Notes: generated from the sequence alone by a model not told the origin. DNA of 64,000 bases from Candidatus Nomurabacteria bacterium (GCA_943356775.1 CALRFU010000001.1:7203-71202); one strand, 5' to 3'; counted from the stretch's first letter, positions 40,765 to 51,676 are shown. Program-made: numbers and translations.

Positions 40765-42157
40765 GTTTCTTTTCAGGATTTATCCGGATACCGAGTTCGG
40801 CGAGCTGCTCCGCTGTAAGCTCTTTCGGAGCTTTCATGACGGCGGTCTGTCCGCCGCGCGTCATCGGAAACGCCTGGACTTCGCGCAGCTGCGATTCGCC
40901 CGTGAGATTCATGACGAGGCGCTCTACTCCAAGTGCAATACCCCCGTGCGGCGGTACGCCGAATCCGAAGGCGGTGAGCATGTGTCCGATGCGTCCCTGT
41001 ATTTCCTCTTCGCTGTAGCCCATGACTTCATATGCGGCCTTCAGAATCTCAGGTTTGTGCGCGCGGATGCTGCCTCCTCCGGCTTCGTATCCGTTGCAGA
41101 CCAAGTCGTACTGCGTGGTTAGAATCTCGCCGACGTCTTTCTTCGCGAGGAGTTGTTCTACGTGTTCAGGTACCGGCATTGAAAACGGATTGTGAGTGAA
41201 AGTCCATGCGCCATCGGAGGTCTTCTCGAAGAACGGGAATTTGTGCACCCATGCGTATGCCATGACGCCGTTCTCCTTGTCCTCCGGTGTACGCAAATCG
41301 AATTTGTCCGCGCCAAATTTTTCCGTTGCTTCCGCGTACGTGAAGCGTGGAAATGGTTTTTCTTTTATGGTGAAGCCCATTCCCTCGACGGTAGTCGTAA
41401 TCATCTCTTCGACAGTGCGCATGACGTCTTCTTGTGTCACGAAAGACATCTCGATATCTATCTGTGTGTGTTCAAATCCGCGGTCTGCACGAAGATCTTC
41501 ATCACGCACTGCACGCGCTATCTGGAAATAGCGTTCGAAGCCACCGACCATGAGGAGTTGTTTGTATTGCTGGGGTGATTGCGGGAGTGCATAAAACTTG
41601 CCGGGGTTGAGACGCGAGGGTACGACGAAATCGCGTGAACCCTCGGGAGTCGATTCTGTGAGAAGAGGCGTCTCTATCTCGGTGAAGAGTTTTCCGAAAA
41701 GATATTCTCTGCAGCGTCGTACGAGTTCGCTGCGAAGTCTGATGTTGCGTTGCATACGTTCGCTGCGCAGGTCCAGATAGCGGTGTGCAAGACGGGTCTC
41801 TTCTCCGATGCCCGCGGTATCCTCGTTGACTTCAAACGGTAAGACAGCAGCGGGACTCAAGACCTCTATTGATTCTATGAGCAGTTCAATGCCGCCATTT
41901 ATCTTGTCTGCTTGTGCGTTCTTACTCGGCCGCTCCTGGACGGTCGCAGTGACGGCAACGACGGATTCCCGGGATGTATTCTTCGCTGTTTCCATTGCCG
42001 CACCTCCGGGAATCACAAGACCTTGCACCATGCCCGTCATGTCTCTAAAATCAAAAAAGACCATCTTGCCCTGGTCGCGGCGTACCGATACCCAACCCTT
42101 GATGAGCACCGACTCCCCTTTGTGCTCCTGCAAGTCTTTGATGAATGTTCTTTCCAT
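40754..42157 (-). CDS. aspS: Aspartyl-tRNA synthetase, short form lacking the GAD insertion domain
   Basis: N-terminal OB fold, motif 2 FRDEDLRADRGFEHTQID and motif 3 GGGSIR. Only 467 aa. Confidence 0.85.
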   Translation of the reverse strand: MERTFIKDLQEHKGESVLIKGWVSVRRDQGKMVFFDFRDMTGMVQGLVIPGGAAMETAKNTSRESVVAVTATVQERPSKNAQADKINGGIELLIESIEVLSPAAVLPFEVNEDTAGIGEETRLAHRYLDLRSERMQRNIRLRSELVRRCREYLFGKLFTEIETPLLTESTPEGSRDFVVPSRLNPGKFYALPQSPQQYKQLLMVGGFERYFQIARAVRDEDLRADRGFEHTQIDIEMSFVTQEDVMRTVEEMITTTVEGMGFTIKEKPFPRFTYAEATEKFGADKFDLRTPEDKENGVMAYAWVHKFPFFEKTSDGAWTFTHNPFSMPVPEHVEQLLAKKDVGEILTTQYDLVCNGYEAGGGSIRAHKPEILKAAYEVMGYSEEEIQGRIGHMLTAFGFGVPPHGGIALGVERLVMNLTGESQLREVQAFPMTRGGQTAVMKAPKELTAEQLAELGIRINPEKKHGQ

Positions 42158-42158
42158 A

Positions 42159-43094
42159 TTAAATACTTACCCCAACTTTCTGCCGCACATCAACCATTTT
42201 CTTTTCCGCCTGCTCGCGCGCACGTGCCGCTCCGTCTCGCAAGATTTCTTTGACATCTGCATCCGAGAGACTCGCACGTTTCTCGCGCATCGGACTGATC
42301 ATGGCTTCGATATCTTCGACGAGTGCATCTTTGAGCGCCTTGTATTTTCCTTTGTGCTCCGTATAGAGTGCATCGAGCTCTTCTTCGCTCTTGAACAGGC
42401 GGTGGATGTTGTAGACATTTTCTGGCCTATCCCCTGTCGAGTCTGTCACAATGCTCATCACGGCTTTCTGAATTTCTTCTTTTGTCCCGAAGAGCGGAAT
42501 GGTGTTTCCGTAGCTCTTGCTCATCTTCTTGCCGTCGGTACCCGGTACGACCGCGACTGATTCCAGGATTTTTTCCTGCGGCGTTTTGAACGTTTCGCCG
42601 AATGCTGTATTGAATTTAGCGGCCGCTTCGCGTGCGTATTCCACGTGCTGACGCTGATCTGCGCCCACGGGCACAATGTCCGTGTCATACAGCAAGATGT
42701 CTGCGGCCATGAGCATCGGATAGGTGAAGAGTCCGGCATTCGCTTCGAGGCCTTTTGCGACTTTGTCTTTATATGCATGTGCCTGCATCAGAAACGGCAC
42801 GGTGACGAGGCAATCAAATATCCAGGCGAGCTCTGCATGCTGTGAGACGGATGATTGCTGAAATATGATCGTCTTCTTTGGGTCCATCCCGACCGCAACA
42901 TAATCACGAACGACCTCGGGGATGTTCTTCCGCAGCTGCTCAGTATCTTTGAGGGTAGTGAGTGCGTGATAATCGGCAATCATGACCAATCCATCAGCGT
43001 CTTTCAGCAATTCCACGGTCTGTTTGAGAGCGCCGAGGTAGTTGCCAATGTGGAGCGATCCAGAGGGCTGAAGACCGGTAAAAAGTCGTTGCAT
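42159..43094 (-). CDS. trpS: Tryptophanyl-tRNA synthetase
   Basis: TGLQPSGSLHIGNYLGAL and KMSKS. Confidence 0.9.
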   Translation of the reverse strand: MQRLFTGLQPSGSLHIGNYLGALKQTVELLKDADGLVMIADYHALTTLKDTEQLRKNIPEVVRDYVAVGMDPKKTIIFQQSSVSQHAELAWIFDCLVTVPFLMQAHAYKDKVAKGLEANAGLFTYPMLMAADILLYDTDIVPVGADQRQHVEYAREAAAKFNTAFGETFKTPQEKILESVAVVPGTDGKKMSKSYGNTIPLFGTKEEIQKAVMSIVTDSTGDRPENVYNIHRLFKSEEELDALYTEHKGKYKALKDALVEDIEAMISPMREKRASLSDADVKEILRDGAARAREQAEKKMVDVRQKVGVSI

Positions 43095-43126
43095 CGGCCT
43101 ATAATACCAGAAAAATGAGCCCCTTT

Positions 43127-44632
43127 TTATAGAGCGGGGAATTCCACGATAAAGCGCGAACCCCTGCCTGCCCCCTCTGATTCCGCCGATATTTTGCCGC
43201 CGTGGGCTTCCACGACCTGCTTGGCGATGAAGAGGCCGTAGCCTGTCGAATGCACGTTGACCTTGATGGAATCTTTGCCGCGGCCGCCTTCGGCGAAGAG
43301 ATTGCTCATGTCTTCTGGGGTGATACCGACACCGCTGTCTTTGACTGAAAAGTGGATTTTTCCATCTCCGTCGGAGAGCTCGACTTGAATTGTGCCGGTG
43401 GGGGTGTATCTGATTGCATTATCGATGAGGTTGCGTATCACATGCTCGCGAATTTTTTCTTCGTCACCGTTTAACTTGTATTCCCCTTCCGCAATATGTA
43501 CTTCGAGCTCAATATTTTTTGCATGCGCTGCTGCTTGTTGCTCGCTCACAATCGTCTGGACCGCAGAACGGAAATCAAATGCGGCTTTGTTGAACGTGAC
43601 CGTACCTTTTTTTAGATTTGAGGCACTTAGAATATTCATGACTGTCGCCACACCTTTGCGCACATCGGTGAGTGCCGCTTTCGACATTGTTTTCAATTCA
43701 TCTGATATTACTCCGTAATCCCCTTCCGCAATTGCGGCGAAGCCCGCCTCGCTCTTCGTGAGGTATCCCTTAATCTCGTGACTAATGAAGTGGAGGAGAT
43801 TATCCTGCTGTTCGTTTGCAATCTCCAGCTCTCTCGAAAGTTTTGCGAGCATCTCCGCACGATGCTTCCAGATTAAAATAAGAGATATTGCCAAGATTGC
43901 AATGATGGCTATCAAACTAGCGATGAATTTCAGGAACGGATAGAGTGTTTGCGTCGTAACCGTGAAAAAGTCGTCGGCTTTAATATCAGTCGCCAAAATT
44001 GCAACGGTGTTTCCGTTGTCGTCTTTGATTGGCGCATAGCCAGTGAGGACTTGCCCATAGGCGTCTTCATAGAGCTCGGCTACAGTCAAAGGTCCGTTGT
44101 ATGCTTCAAACGCTTCTGGTATATGATCAGCGGGGTCGGGATTTGGTTGTCCTGGCCACTGCAATTTATCTGCTCCATCGGGTTCGACAGCACCGTCTTT
44201 ATTTGAATCAACGTTATTCGTCGGGTTGTCATCAGTGTTTGCATACGGATTGATTGACTCTGCGTCCGCCACAAACTCCATTTCTGCCGGATTACTCTTT
44301 ACTTTACGAATGATATACATGAAGACGATGTCCGAATTAGCATCTTTTGCCTTCTTGAGTTGCGTGACGACTTTTGCCCACTCCGGCTTGACCCAATCCT
44401 CCTCGGCTTGCAGTACTTCAAGATCTTTTGCATCTATGTTTGCTGCTTGCGTTATAGAAATAGACAACAGTCTTTCCCGCAGATTTTCTGTGAGAAGATT
44501 AATGGTGTGGTCGTACAAAAACCAAGAGGCTCCAACGGCAATTAAAACCGCAAGGAGCGCGATGATGCTGCCCAACCACACCAAAGCTCTAAACCGTAGG
44601 GTTTTCGTATTCTTTTGGGGACTTGCTCTCAT
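43127..44632 (-). CDS. Sensor histidine kinase with extracytoplasmic sensor domain
   Basis: Two TM segments flank a roughly 230-aa [11 protein letters not shown] domain. H-box HEIKGYL. HATPase_c N, G1 and G2 boxes (DNAIRYT, DSGVGI, GYGLFI). Confidence 0.8.
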   Translation of the reverse strand: MRASPQKNTKTLRFRALVWLGSIIALLAVLIAVGASWFLYDHTINLLTENLRERLLSISITQAANIDAKDLEVLQAEEDWVKPEWAKVVTQLKKAKDANSDIVFMYIIRKVKSNPAEMEFVADAESINPYANTDDNPTNNVDSNKDGAVEPDGADKLQWPGQPNPDPADHIPEAFEAYNGPLTVAELYEDAYGQVLTGYAPIKDDNGNTVAILATDIKADDFFTVTTQTLYPFLKFIASLIAIIAILAISLILIWKHRAEMLAKLSRELEIANEQQDNLLHFISHEIKGYLTKSEAGFAAIAEGDYGVISDELKTMSKAALTDVRKGVATVMNILSASNLKKGTVTFNKAAFDFRSAVQTIVSEQQAAAHAKNIELEVHIAEGEYKLNGDEEKIREHVIRNLIDNAIRYTPTGTIQVELSDGDGKIHFSVKDSGVGITPEDMSNLFAEGGRGKDSIKVNVHSTGYGLFIAKQVVEAHGGKISAESEGAGRGSRFIVEFPAL

Positions 44633-44665
44633 AACGCTTTCCTCAATATAGTACCCTCATCTGGT

Positions 44666-46531
44666 CTAGACGTCTAATAGCCTCAATACTTTTGTTTTGT
44701 CTATATCCAAGAGGAACTGTGACAGGCGTGGTCCCGTATGCTTTCCCAAGAGTAATTGATACACATTTTCGAAGAATGCCCGTTGGCGGGTTTGGTTTTG
44801 ATGTTCCGTTGCTCCAGGCTTCACGACGAGCGCGTACAGCAACGTTGTAAGTTTTTCCGGAGACATTTTAGAGCGACGACGTACGAGCTTGGAGAGAGCA
44901 CGAATTGATTCCAGAGCTGCGTGACTCAATTCCGTTATATGCTCAACATTTGGCTGTGCCAGCAGATGATGAGTGTGTTTCTCGTCAACTGTCACGTAGC
45001 GTGTCCCCTTCACTTTTTTGAGAGAGTGCATATCCACATAGGTGACGTCCGCAGCAGATGCTTCTCTGTGCTCCTCCGTTCCTCTGGACGTTAACTGTAG
45101 AAGTTTCTCAACGCCCTTTTCCTGCACCCGCGTACATTCGAGCAATTTTTGTATACGCGCTTGAAGTGATTGACCGTGCATGAGCGGTTCTACAATCTCC
45201 TCAAATATATCGCGCTGCGGCAATGTCGGTTTGCAAATAAGTTTTCCATTAATACTTACGCTTGAAGAGTTGCGACCGCACCCCCCGTACGGTTGCGTTC
45301 CTCGTTCTATACCTACATCATGTGGGTTAGCGTTGTGCAGCACGGAGGCTTTATCATGAAGCACCTTTCCGTTGAATAACCGATCCACGAGGCTCTCAAT
45401 GTATGCACTGGCTCCATAGAGCGAGATGTACATCGCGTTCTGTGCATAATGAGGATTCTCGAAATACAGAGCGAGTTCCGAATCGTTCTCATATTTTTGC
45501 ACGAAAATAATTGGAGCAAATATTTCAGCGAAGTTTCCGCCTTCTGTAAGGGGTTTACAAATAATTGTAGGTTCTATGATGGCATCATGGGTTCGAATTA
45601 TCCCTTGGGTAGATTGATCAATCCACGCTTTATGGTGAACGAGAAAATCCTGTACCCGCACGAGATCCTTTGGATCACTATTGGGACCGACCCGACATAA
45701 TTTGTCGGCATATTCTCCGACATGGATTGTACGGATTTGCTCACGCAACAACCGCAGGAAGTCTGAATATACATCCGCATGAACGAGCGTTGCGTTCGGA
45801 GCTGCACAGTCTTGCCCTTGATTATAAAATTGCAGAGAAATAATCGCATCTACTGCTTTTTGCACGTCAGCGTTCTTACTAACAACGAAAGGATTATGCC
45901 CCGATCCATTTGAGATGAAGAGCGTGCGGTGGTCAAAAATGAGTCGCAGCTGATCTGCATGAGCAGAAGTTCCTGTAAAAATTACGACATCCGTACCGGG
46001 CAGAGTTTCTTCAGTTTTTGGATTGATACGTAGGGCAGAGCGCTTACGCAAGAACTCAAGGCGCGTGTCGTGGGAAACCGTTATGTTGGGAAACCGTGTG
46101 TGCACCTCGAGTAGTGCGAGCATTTTGGGGAAAAAATGCCGCATGCCGTGTGGTATCCGGAAGTGCACCTTGCTCGCCATAAGAGATGGTATGACAACGA
46201 AACAGGTAAAGGCATAGAGAGGTTGATTTCTCGGTAGAAATGCAGCGACTTCATTGACTCGTAAACGGAAGTACTCATTGTTGTCCTTAATGTTCTGCAA
46301 GAGATCAAGTGTGCGCTCGGTTTCGTCTTTTACTACTTCATAACTCTCATATTCAAGCAGTATTTCTGTCAGCGCTTCAAATTTACTTTCAATTAATTCT
46401 GCCCATGACCGCGTCTGGTCCTCAATGTAGAAAGTCGAAAGTGGTGTATAGGGAGGATATTTTCCGCTAATCGAAGTAATGTGCGTTGTACGGGTACGTT
46501 TAGGAGTGACGACCGCATTGGCAGTTTTCAT
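44666..46531 (-). CDS. Aldehyde-dehydrogenase superfamily protein (LuxC/acyl-CoA-reductase-like) with about 200-aa C-terminal extension
   Basis: Catalytic-Cys motif FYNQGQDCAAPN and an upstream Rossmann-like FTGTS. The C-terminal third is unassigned. Confidence 0.45.
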   Translation of the reverse strand: MKTANAVVTPKRTRTTHITSISGKYPPYTPLSTFYIEDQTRSWAELIESKFEALTEILLEYESYEVVKDETERTLDLLQNIKDNNEYFRLRVNEVAAFLPRNQPLYAFTCFVVIPSLMASKVHFRIPHGMRHFFPKMLALLEVHTRFPNITVSHDTRLEFLRKRSALRINPKTEETLPGTDVVIFTGTSAHADQLRLIFDHRTLFISNGSGHNPFVVSKNADVQKAVDAIISLQFYNQGQDCAAPNATLVHADVYSDFLRLLREQIRTIHVGEYADKLCRVGPNSDPKDLVRVQDFLVHHKAWIDQSTQGIIRTHDAIIEPTIICKPLTEGGNFAEIFAPIIFVQKYENDSELALYFENPHYAQNAMYISLYGASAYIESLVDRLFNGKVLHDKASVLHNANPHDVGIERGTQPYGGCGRNSSSVSINGKLICKPTLPQRDIFEEIVEPLMHGQSLQARIQKLLECTRVQEKGVEKLLQLTSRGTEEHREASAADVTYVDMHSLKKVKGTRYVTVDEKHTHHLLAQPNVEHITELSHAALESIRALSKLVRRRSKMSPEKLTTLLYALVVKPGATEHQNQTRQRAFFENVYQLLLGKHTGPRLSQFLLDIDKTKVLRLLDV

Positions 46532-46535
46532 AGCA

Positions 46536-46901
46536 TCAAACTTCAGTTTTAAGAGAAATTTGCAAAAGTATGATTCCCACGAGCACGAACGCTAATCCGG
46601 CGTATTGGTACATAGAAAGTTTGCTCCACTCCTGAAACAAGACCAACCCCATCATGACAGTACCCAGCGTGAGGAGCGCATCAATCGTTCCCGATCCTAC
46701 CGCCACGCCGATCCGAGAAGTAACAAGCCCGAAGGTGATAAAAACGAATGGAGAGACAATCACAACGGCCAAGAGTAAAAGGGAAAATTTGTTGTCTTTA
46801 CTTGCCCACGTTGCAGCCAGATAATTAGCAAAAAGCGCCACAGCAACAGCGCCAATTACATATAGCCAGATCTCCAGTTTTTCCATCACGGGAGATACCA
46901 T
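46536..46901 (-). CDS. Small 4-TM membrane protein (DMT/SMR-like)
   Basis: 121 aa with four hydrophobic helices, 4 nt downstream of the ALDH-like gene. Confidence 0.4.
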   Translation of the reverse strand: MVSPVMEKLEIWLYVIGAVAVALFANYLAATWASKDNKFSLLLLAVVIVSPFVFITFGLVTSRIGVAVGSGTIDALLTLGTVMMGLVLFQEWSKLSMYQYAGLAFVLVGIILLQISLKTEV

Positions 46902-47280
46902 ATCACAACATTATTGTTTGCAAAGGGGTAAGAAATGCTCCAGACCAAGCATCCACCCAAGCGTGGCAATCGGTGCAATAAGGAGTTTTTGCGACATATA
47001 CAAGCAGTAAGAATAAGTACACCACAGGTCCAATTTCCTACAAGCACCTGGTGTGCATAAGATACTCATCAACCCGCTTCGCCTTATAATCGAGTGATTA
47101 TATGAAAGACATGCAACATCTTATCCTCTAGCGATTTCTATGTCAGGGATTATCTTTACCGAAGGAAGGACTGCTGCCTTTGAGTAGACGGGGCGGCTAA
47201 TTTTTTGAATCCATGTGTCGTTCTATTTCTAAATACATATCCGCACCCCCTTTGCCAATGAGTGTAAGCGGCACAGCTGA

Positions 47281-47769
47281 TCAACTTCGGACTGCAGCGA
47301 GAACGACGTAAGAGCCTACTAGCCACCAGAAACGGTAGGCCACTCCAAACACGGTGTGTACCTGATCGCCGAAGTGCCATAGTACATCAAGGCTCGGCAC
47401 TTGGAGCCATACGATAAGGAGCACCGCTGTTGCGGCTAATCCCACGACAAGAGCTTGAATGGGTCCGATACCGTTAGAGAATGTGAATATGAGTCGGTGT
47501 GTAGCGATAAACAAGAGGACTGCTACCGCACCGAACATTGCAAGTTGAGCAACGGGAGACGTGAATTGTGCGAATAGACCACCGAGGAAGAATGCCTGTG
47601 GGAGTTGTTGCATTACGAGGAGTGATGCGGGTAAACTGAGCACCAACGCCGTTGCGCGGGCGGGACCAGTACGCATTGCGTCGAGGGAGGTGAGAACCGC
47701 AAAGGCGAAGATGAGTATCCAATCCATTGGCCAATGAGCCAGTATCGAAGAAATCGATGATAGATCCAT
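47281..47769 (-). CDS. Membrane protein, hypothetical
   Basis: 162-aa ORF with about 5 hydrophobic helices. Confidence 0.35.
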   Translation of the reverse strand: MDLSSISSILAHWPMDWILIFAFAVLTSLDAMRTGPARATALVLSLPASLLVMQQLPQAFFLGGLFAQFTSPVAQLAMFGAVAVLLFIATHRLIFTFSNGIGPIQALVVGLAATAVLLIVWLQVPSLDVLWHFGDQVHTVFGVAYRFWWLVGSYVVLAAVRS

Positions 47770-47814
47770 CGGTACAGTATACGTGCTCTGGAGACTGTCG
47801 CGGCTGCGAGGTGT

Positions 47815-48882
47815 TTACAGACCTTCTTGTCGCAATTTTTCGATGAGCTCCCGTGCATTCTTCGAGAGTTTCTTGGGGAATTCAATATCTACGCGGACAA
47901 GCAAGTCGCCGCGAGCGCGTCCCGCCGGTACTCCTTTGCCTCGTACGCGAATGACCTCACCGTGCGAAATGCCCGGAGCGACACTCAGGGTCTCTTCACC
48001 ATCAAGAGTCGTGATGCGGTATTCTCCACCCAGAAGTGCGTCTGAGAGTTTGATAGGAAGTGAGGTAAGGAGATTGTTGCCTTCGCGCGAGAATTTTGTA
48101 TCGGCTTTAATATGCAATTTCACGTAGAGGTCGCCTGCGCCGCCGCCTTGCACCGCTTCTCCGCGACCGGGCATACGTATCATTTCTCCGTCTTCTACAC
48201 CCGCGGGTACCACGATGTGTATTTCTTCCTGGCGTTTACGGACACCCGCTCCCTGGCAGGCTTCGCAGAGTGTTTCGGGTATCTGTCCCCGTCCGTGGCA
48301 TCGCGGGCACGGACGTGCCGAGGTAAACGTCCCGAAGAATGAATTACGAGATTCACGGATCTCGCCTTTTCCGTTGCAGCTTGAGCAGGTGATCATTTTC
48401 GAACCTTTCTTCGCCCCTGACCCGTCACAGGTATCGCAGGCGCTCGTCTTGGAAAGTAATACACGACGCTCTGTACCGAATACGGATTCACGGAACGAAA
48501 GTTCTATATCTATTGAAATGTCGCGGCCGCGCTTCGCACGCGCTTGCCCGCCGCCGAATACATCGCCGAAGATGTCGCCGAGGTCGAATTCGACGCTGCC
48601 CCCTTGCCCGCCGAATCCTTGGAAGTTTGAGAAATCGAATCCGCCGAAGCCTCCCTGCTGCGGGCCTCCCCCTCCGGCAAACGTTTTGCCGTAGGTATCG
48701 TATTCCGCACGCTTCTTTTTATCGGAAAGTACCGAGTAAGCCTCACTCACCTCTTTGAATTTAGCCTCGTCACCGCCTTTTTTGTCGGGATGATACTTGT
48801 GCGCCAATTTCCGGAAAGCTTTTTTGATATCCTCGTCAGTCGCCGTCTTTGGAATACCAAGTAAATCGTAATAGTTTTTCAT
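47815..48882 (-). CDS. dnaJ: Chaperone DnaJ
   Basis: J-domain [30 protein letters not shown], a G/F region and four CxxCxGxG zinc repeats. Confidence 0.9.
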   Translation of the reverse strand: MKNYYDLLGIPKTATDEDIKKAFRKLAHKYHPDKKGGDEAKFKEVSEAYSVLSDKKKRAEYDTYGKTFAGGGGPQQGGFGGFDFSNFQGFGGQGGSVEFDLGDIFGDVFGGGQARAKRGRDISIDIELSFRESVFGTERRVLLSKTSACDTCDGSGAKKGSKMITCSSCNGKGEIRESRNSFFGTFTSARPCPRCHGRGQIPETLCEACQGAGVRKRQEEIHIVVPAGVEDGEMIRMPGRGEAVQGGGAGDLYVKLHIKADTKFSREGNNLLTSLPIKLSDALLGGEYRITTLDGEETLSVAPGISHGEVIRVRGKGVPAGRARGDLLVRVDIEFPKKLSKNARELIEKLRQEGL

Positions 48883-48948
48883 AACGAGGAATTATAGTAC
48901 TCGCAAAGTGTTTACAAAGCAAAAGCCGCTCTGAAGCGGCTCTTGTCT

Positions 48949-50817
48949 TTATTGCTTCGGGGCTTCTTCTGGGGGCGTTTGTTCGTCTTTAGGTGCTTCT
49001 GGAGGCGGTGTCTGTTGATTTTGATTCATGGCCTGACCGATTTTGCTCATCTCTGTGGAAAGCGCTTCGGCCGCAGACTTGATAGCTGCTGCGTCGCTAC
49101 CACCTCGAGCTGCTTTAGCTGCATCTATTTTCTCCTGTACACCTTTCTTGATATCTTCGCTCACCTTATCGCCGTGCTCTTTGAGCGCCTTCTCGGCGGC
49201 GTAGACGACTTGGTCGGCCCCGTTTTGTGCCTCCACGAGCTCGCGCTTCTTTGTGTCGGCATCGGCGTTGACCTCGGCGTCTTTGCGCATCTTTTCTACC
49301 TCAGTATCAGAGAGACCGGATGTCGCTTCAATGCGGATGGATTGTTCTTTGTTTGTTGATTTATCTTTGGCCTTCACCGAGAGAATTCCGTTGGCATCGA
49401 TGTCAAAAGAGACTTCGACTTGTGGCGTACCGCGCGATGCCGGCGGAATGCCGTCGAGGTTGAAGCGGCCGAGCGATTTGTTGTCGGTAGCCATGGGGCG
49501 CTCACCTTGGACGACGTGAATTTCTACAGACGGCTGGTTGTCGGAGGCGGTCGAGAATGTCTGTGAGCGCGAGGTTGGAATCGTGGTATTGCGCTCGATG
49601 AGCTTTGTCGCGACGCCGCCCATGGTCTCGATACCGAGCGAAAGTGGAATGACGTCGAGCAAGAGCACGTCTTTGACGTCTCCCTGCAGAATGCCGCCCT
49701 GAATCGCTGCGCCGATTGCGACGACTTCGTCGGGATTCACGCTGAGATTCGGCTTTTTACTAAAGAAATCTTCCACAGCCTTTTGCATCGCCGGCATGCG
49801 TGTCTGTCCGCCGACGAGCACGACTTCGTTGATGTCCGCTACCTTGAATGGCGACGCTTCCACAGCGCGCTTGGTGATTGCCATTGCGCGGTCTAGAAAC
49901 TCGCGGGAGAGCTCCTCAAGCTTTCCGCGTGTCATCTTAATGAGAAGGTGCTGCGGACCCGCATCGGTCGAGGTGATGAATGGAATGTTTATCTCGGTCT
50001 CAAGTGCTGTCGAGAGTTCAATCTTGGCCTTCTCTGCGGCCTCATCCAAGCGTTGGCGCGCAAGCGGGTCTTTGCTCACATCCACACCTGACTCTTTTTT
50101 GAATTCATCGGCTATCCAGGTCATTATCTTCTGGTCGATATCCTTGCCGCCCAAGTGCGCGTCGCCGTCGGTCGAACGTACCTCTATCACGTCGTCTCCG
50201 ACTTCGAGCACTGAAATATCGAATGTTCCACCGCCGAAATCGAATACCACTATCTTCTCGTCTTTCTTTTTGTTGAATCCGTATGCGAGCGCCGCAGCAG
50301 TCGGCTCGTTGATGATGCGCTTTACGTCGAGACCTGCAATTTTGCCGGCGTCCTTTGTAGCCTGTCGTTGTGAGTCATTGAAATATGCCGGTACGGTGAT
50401 GACCGCCTCGGTGATAGTCTCCCCGAGTCTGGCTTCGGCATCCTGCTTCAGCTTCTGCAATATCATCGCAGAGAGTTCTTCGGGACGGTACCATTTGTCG
50501 GCCATCTTAATCTCAATTCCGCCGTTTGCGGACTTCTGTGTCTCAAACGGAACCGCCGCCCGGTCCTTGGCCGCCGCAGGTTCGTCAAAATTATGCCCGA
50601 TAAAACGCTTGATTTGATATATGGTGTTCTTCGGATTGGTGACGCCCTGACGCTTTGCAAGTAGCCCAACGAGTTTCTCTCCCGTTTTCGATAGTGCAAC
50701 GACCGAGGGGGTCGTGCGTGCACCTTCGGCGTTCTCGATTATCTGAGGTTCCCCTCCTTTTACGATAGCTATTGCTGAATTTGTAGTTCCCAAATCTATT
50801 CCGAGTATTTTTGACAT
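48949..50817 (-). CDS. dnaK: Chaperone DnaK (Hsp70)
   Basis: [24 protein letters not shown] and a C-terminal Pro/Glu-rich tail. Confidence 0.95.
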   Translation of the reverse strand: MSKILGIDLGTTNSAIAIVKGGEPQIIENAEGARTTPSVVALSKTGEKLVGLLAKRQGVTNPKNTIYQIKRFIGHNFDEPAAAKDRAAVPFETQKSANGGIEIKMADKWYRPEELSAMILQKLKQDAEARLGETITEAVITVPAYFNDSQRQATKDAGKIAGLDVKRIINEPTAAALAYGFNKKKDEKIVVFDFGGGTFDISVLEVGDDVIEVRSTDGDAHLGGKDIDQKIMTWIADEFKKESGVDVSKDPLARQRLDEAAEKAKIELSTALETEINIPFITSTDAGPQHLLIKMTRGKLEELSREFLDRAMAITKRAVEASPFKVADINEVVLVGGQTRMPAMQKAVEDFFSKKPNLSVNPDEVVAIGAAIQGGILQGDVKDVLLLDVIPLSLGIETMGGVATKLIERNTTIPTSRSQTFSTASDNQPSVEIHVVQGERPMATDNKSLGRFNLDGIPPASRGTPQVEVSFDIDANGILSVKAKDKSTNKEQSIRIEATSGLSDTEVEKMRKDAEVNADADTKKRELVEAQNGADQVVYAAEKALKEHGDKVSEDIKKGVQEKIDAAKAARGGSDAAAIKSAAEALSTEMSKIGQAMNQNQQTPPPEAPKDEQTPPEEAPKQ

Positions 50818-50900
50818 AGTTGAGTTTAGTGAATGAGTAATTGGGTCTCCGTGCAGATATTTGTATACACCTCCAGGAGGTGTTTGTCAAATCTAGAGGG

Positions 50901-51443
50901 CTACTTTTTGACGATGACTTGCGCCGGTCGTAGTACCTTGCCGTTCATTTTGTATCCTGAACGGAGGATTTTTACGACAGTGCCGGATTCACCGGGAATT
51001 TCTTCGGTCTCTTCGACTGCTTCATGGGTCATGTGGTCGAGCACTTCGCCGACCGTACCGAATCTCTCTACCCCGTGGCGTGAGAGGACATCAATAAGTT
51101 GATTGCGTATGTGTTCGATGCCGCTTCGCCAGCCCGCGTCCATTGTTTGCCATGCGGGTGAGCTTGCCGCCATATCGAAGCCGTCGAGAGCCGGAATGAT
51201 ATCCTCAATGAGGCCTTCTTTTGCGCGTTCCCCCATACGCTGCGCCTCCGCGAGCGTCTCTTTGCGGGAATTCACGCTATCCGCTTTGGAGCGTTGCCAG
51301 CCGTCGAGATATTCTTGTCGTTGCGCTTTTACTTCGGCGAGCTCGTCTTTGAGCTTCTTCACTTTTGCGCCCGCGGACGCAGCGTCACCGAGCTCCTCGT
51401 CGGGTTCGAAATTGATATCTTCGTCGGGAGCTATATCGTTCAT
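50901..51443 (-). CDS. grpE: Nucleotide exchange factor GrpE
   Basis: Coiled-coil followed by a GrpE beta-domain (VLRSGYKMNGKVLRPAQVIV). Start taken at internal MND. Confidence 0.8.
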   Translation of the reverse strand: MNDIAPDEDINFEPDEELGDAASAGAKVKKLKDELAEVKAQRQEYLDGWQRSKADSVNSRKETLAEAQRMGERAKEGLIEDIIPALDGFDMAASSPAWQTMDAGWRSGIEHIRNQLIDVLSRHGVERFGTVGEVLDHMTHEAVEETEEIPGESGTVVKILRSGYKMNGKVLRPAQVIVKK

Positions 51444-51619
51444 CAGGTGTGCAGTATAGCAAACATCGTCATCTATAAAAAGAAATTGCGGCGGCTTGTC
51501 TGTCAGGGGAAATGACAAACGAAGCCGCCGCTCCTCCGTGCCCTAGGGGGGGTATTTAGGACAGGAGGTATTCAGCAGTGGCAAGTATGCTACTGATTGC
51601 TAGTAATTGCAATAGTACC

Positions 51620-51676
51620 AAAAGCCGCCCATCGGTCATGATGGGCACCTGTAGACGGCCTGTTTCGCGGCTTTTT
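51620..51676 (-). terminator. Compound hairpin downstream of rpsI (bidirectional-terminator-like)
   Basis: Outer stem AAAAGCCGC/GCGGCTTTT encloses an inner GCCCAT/ATGGGC stem. It is flanked by an A-run on one side and a T-run on the other. Confidence 0.35.
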
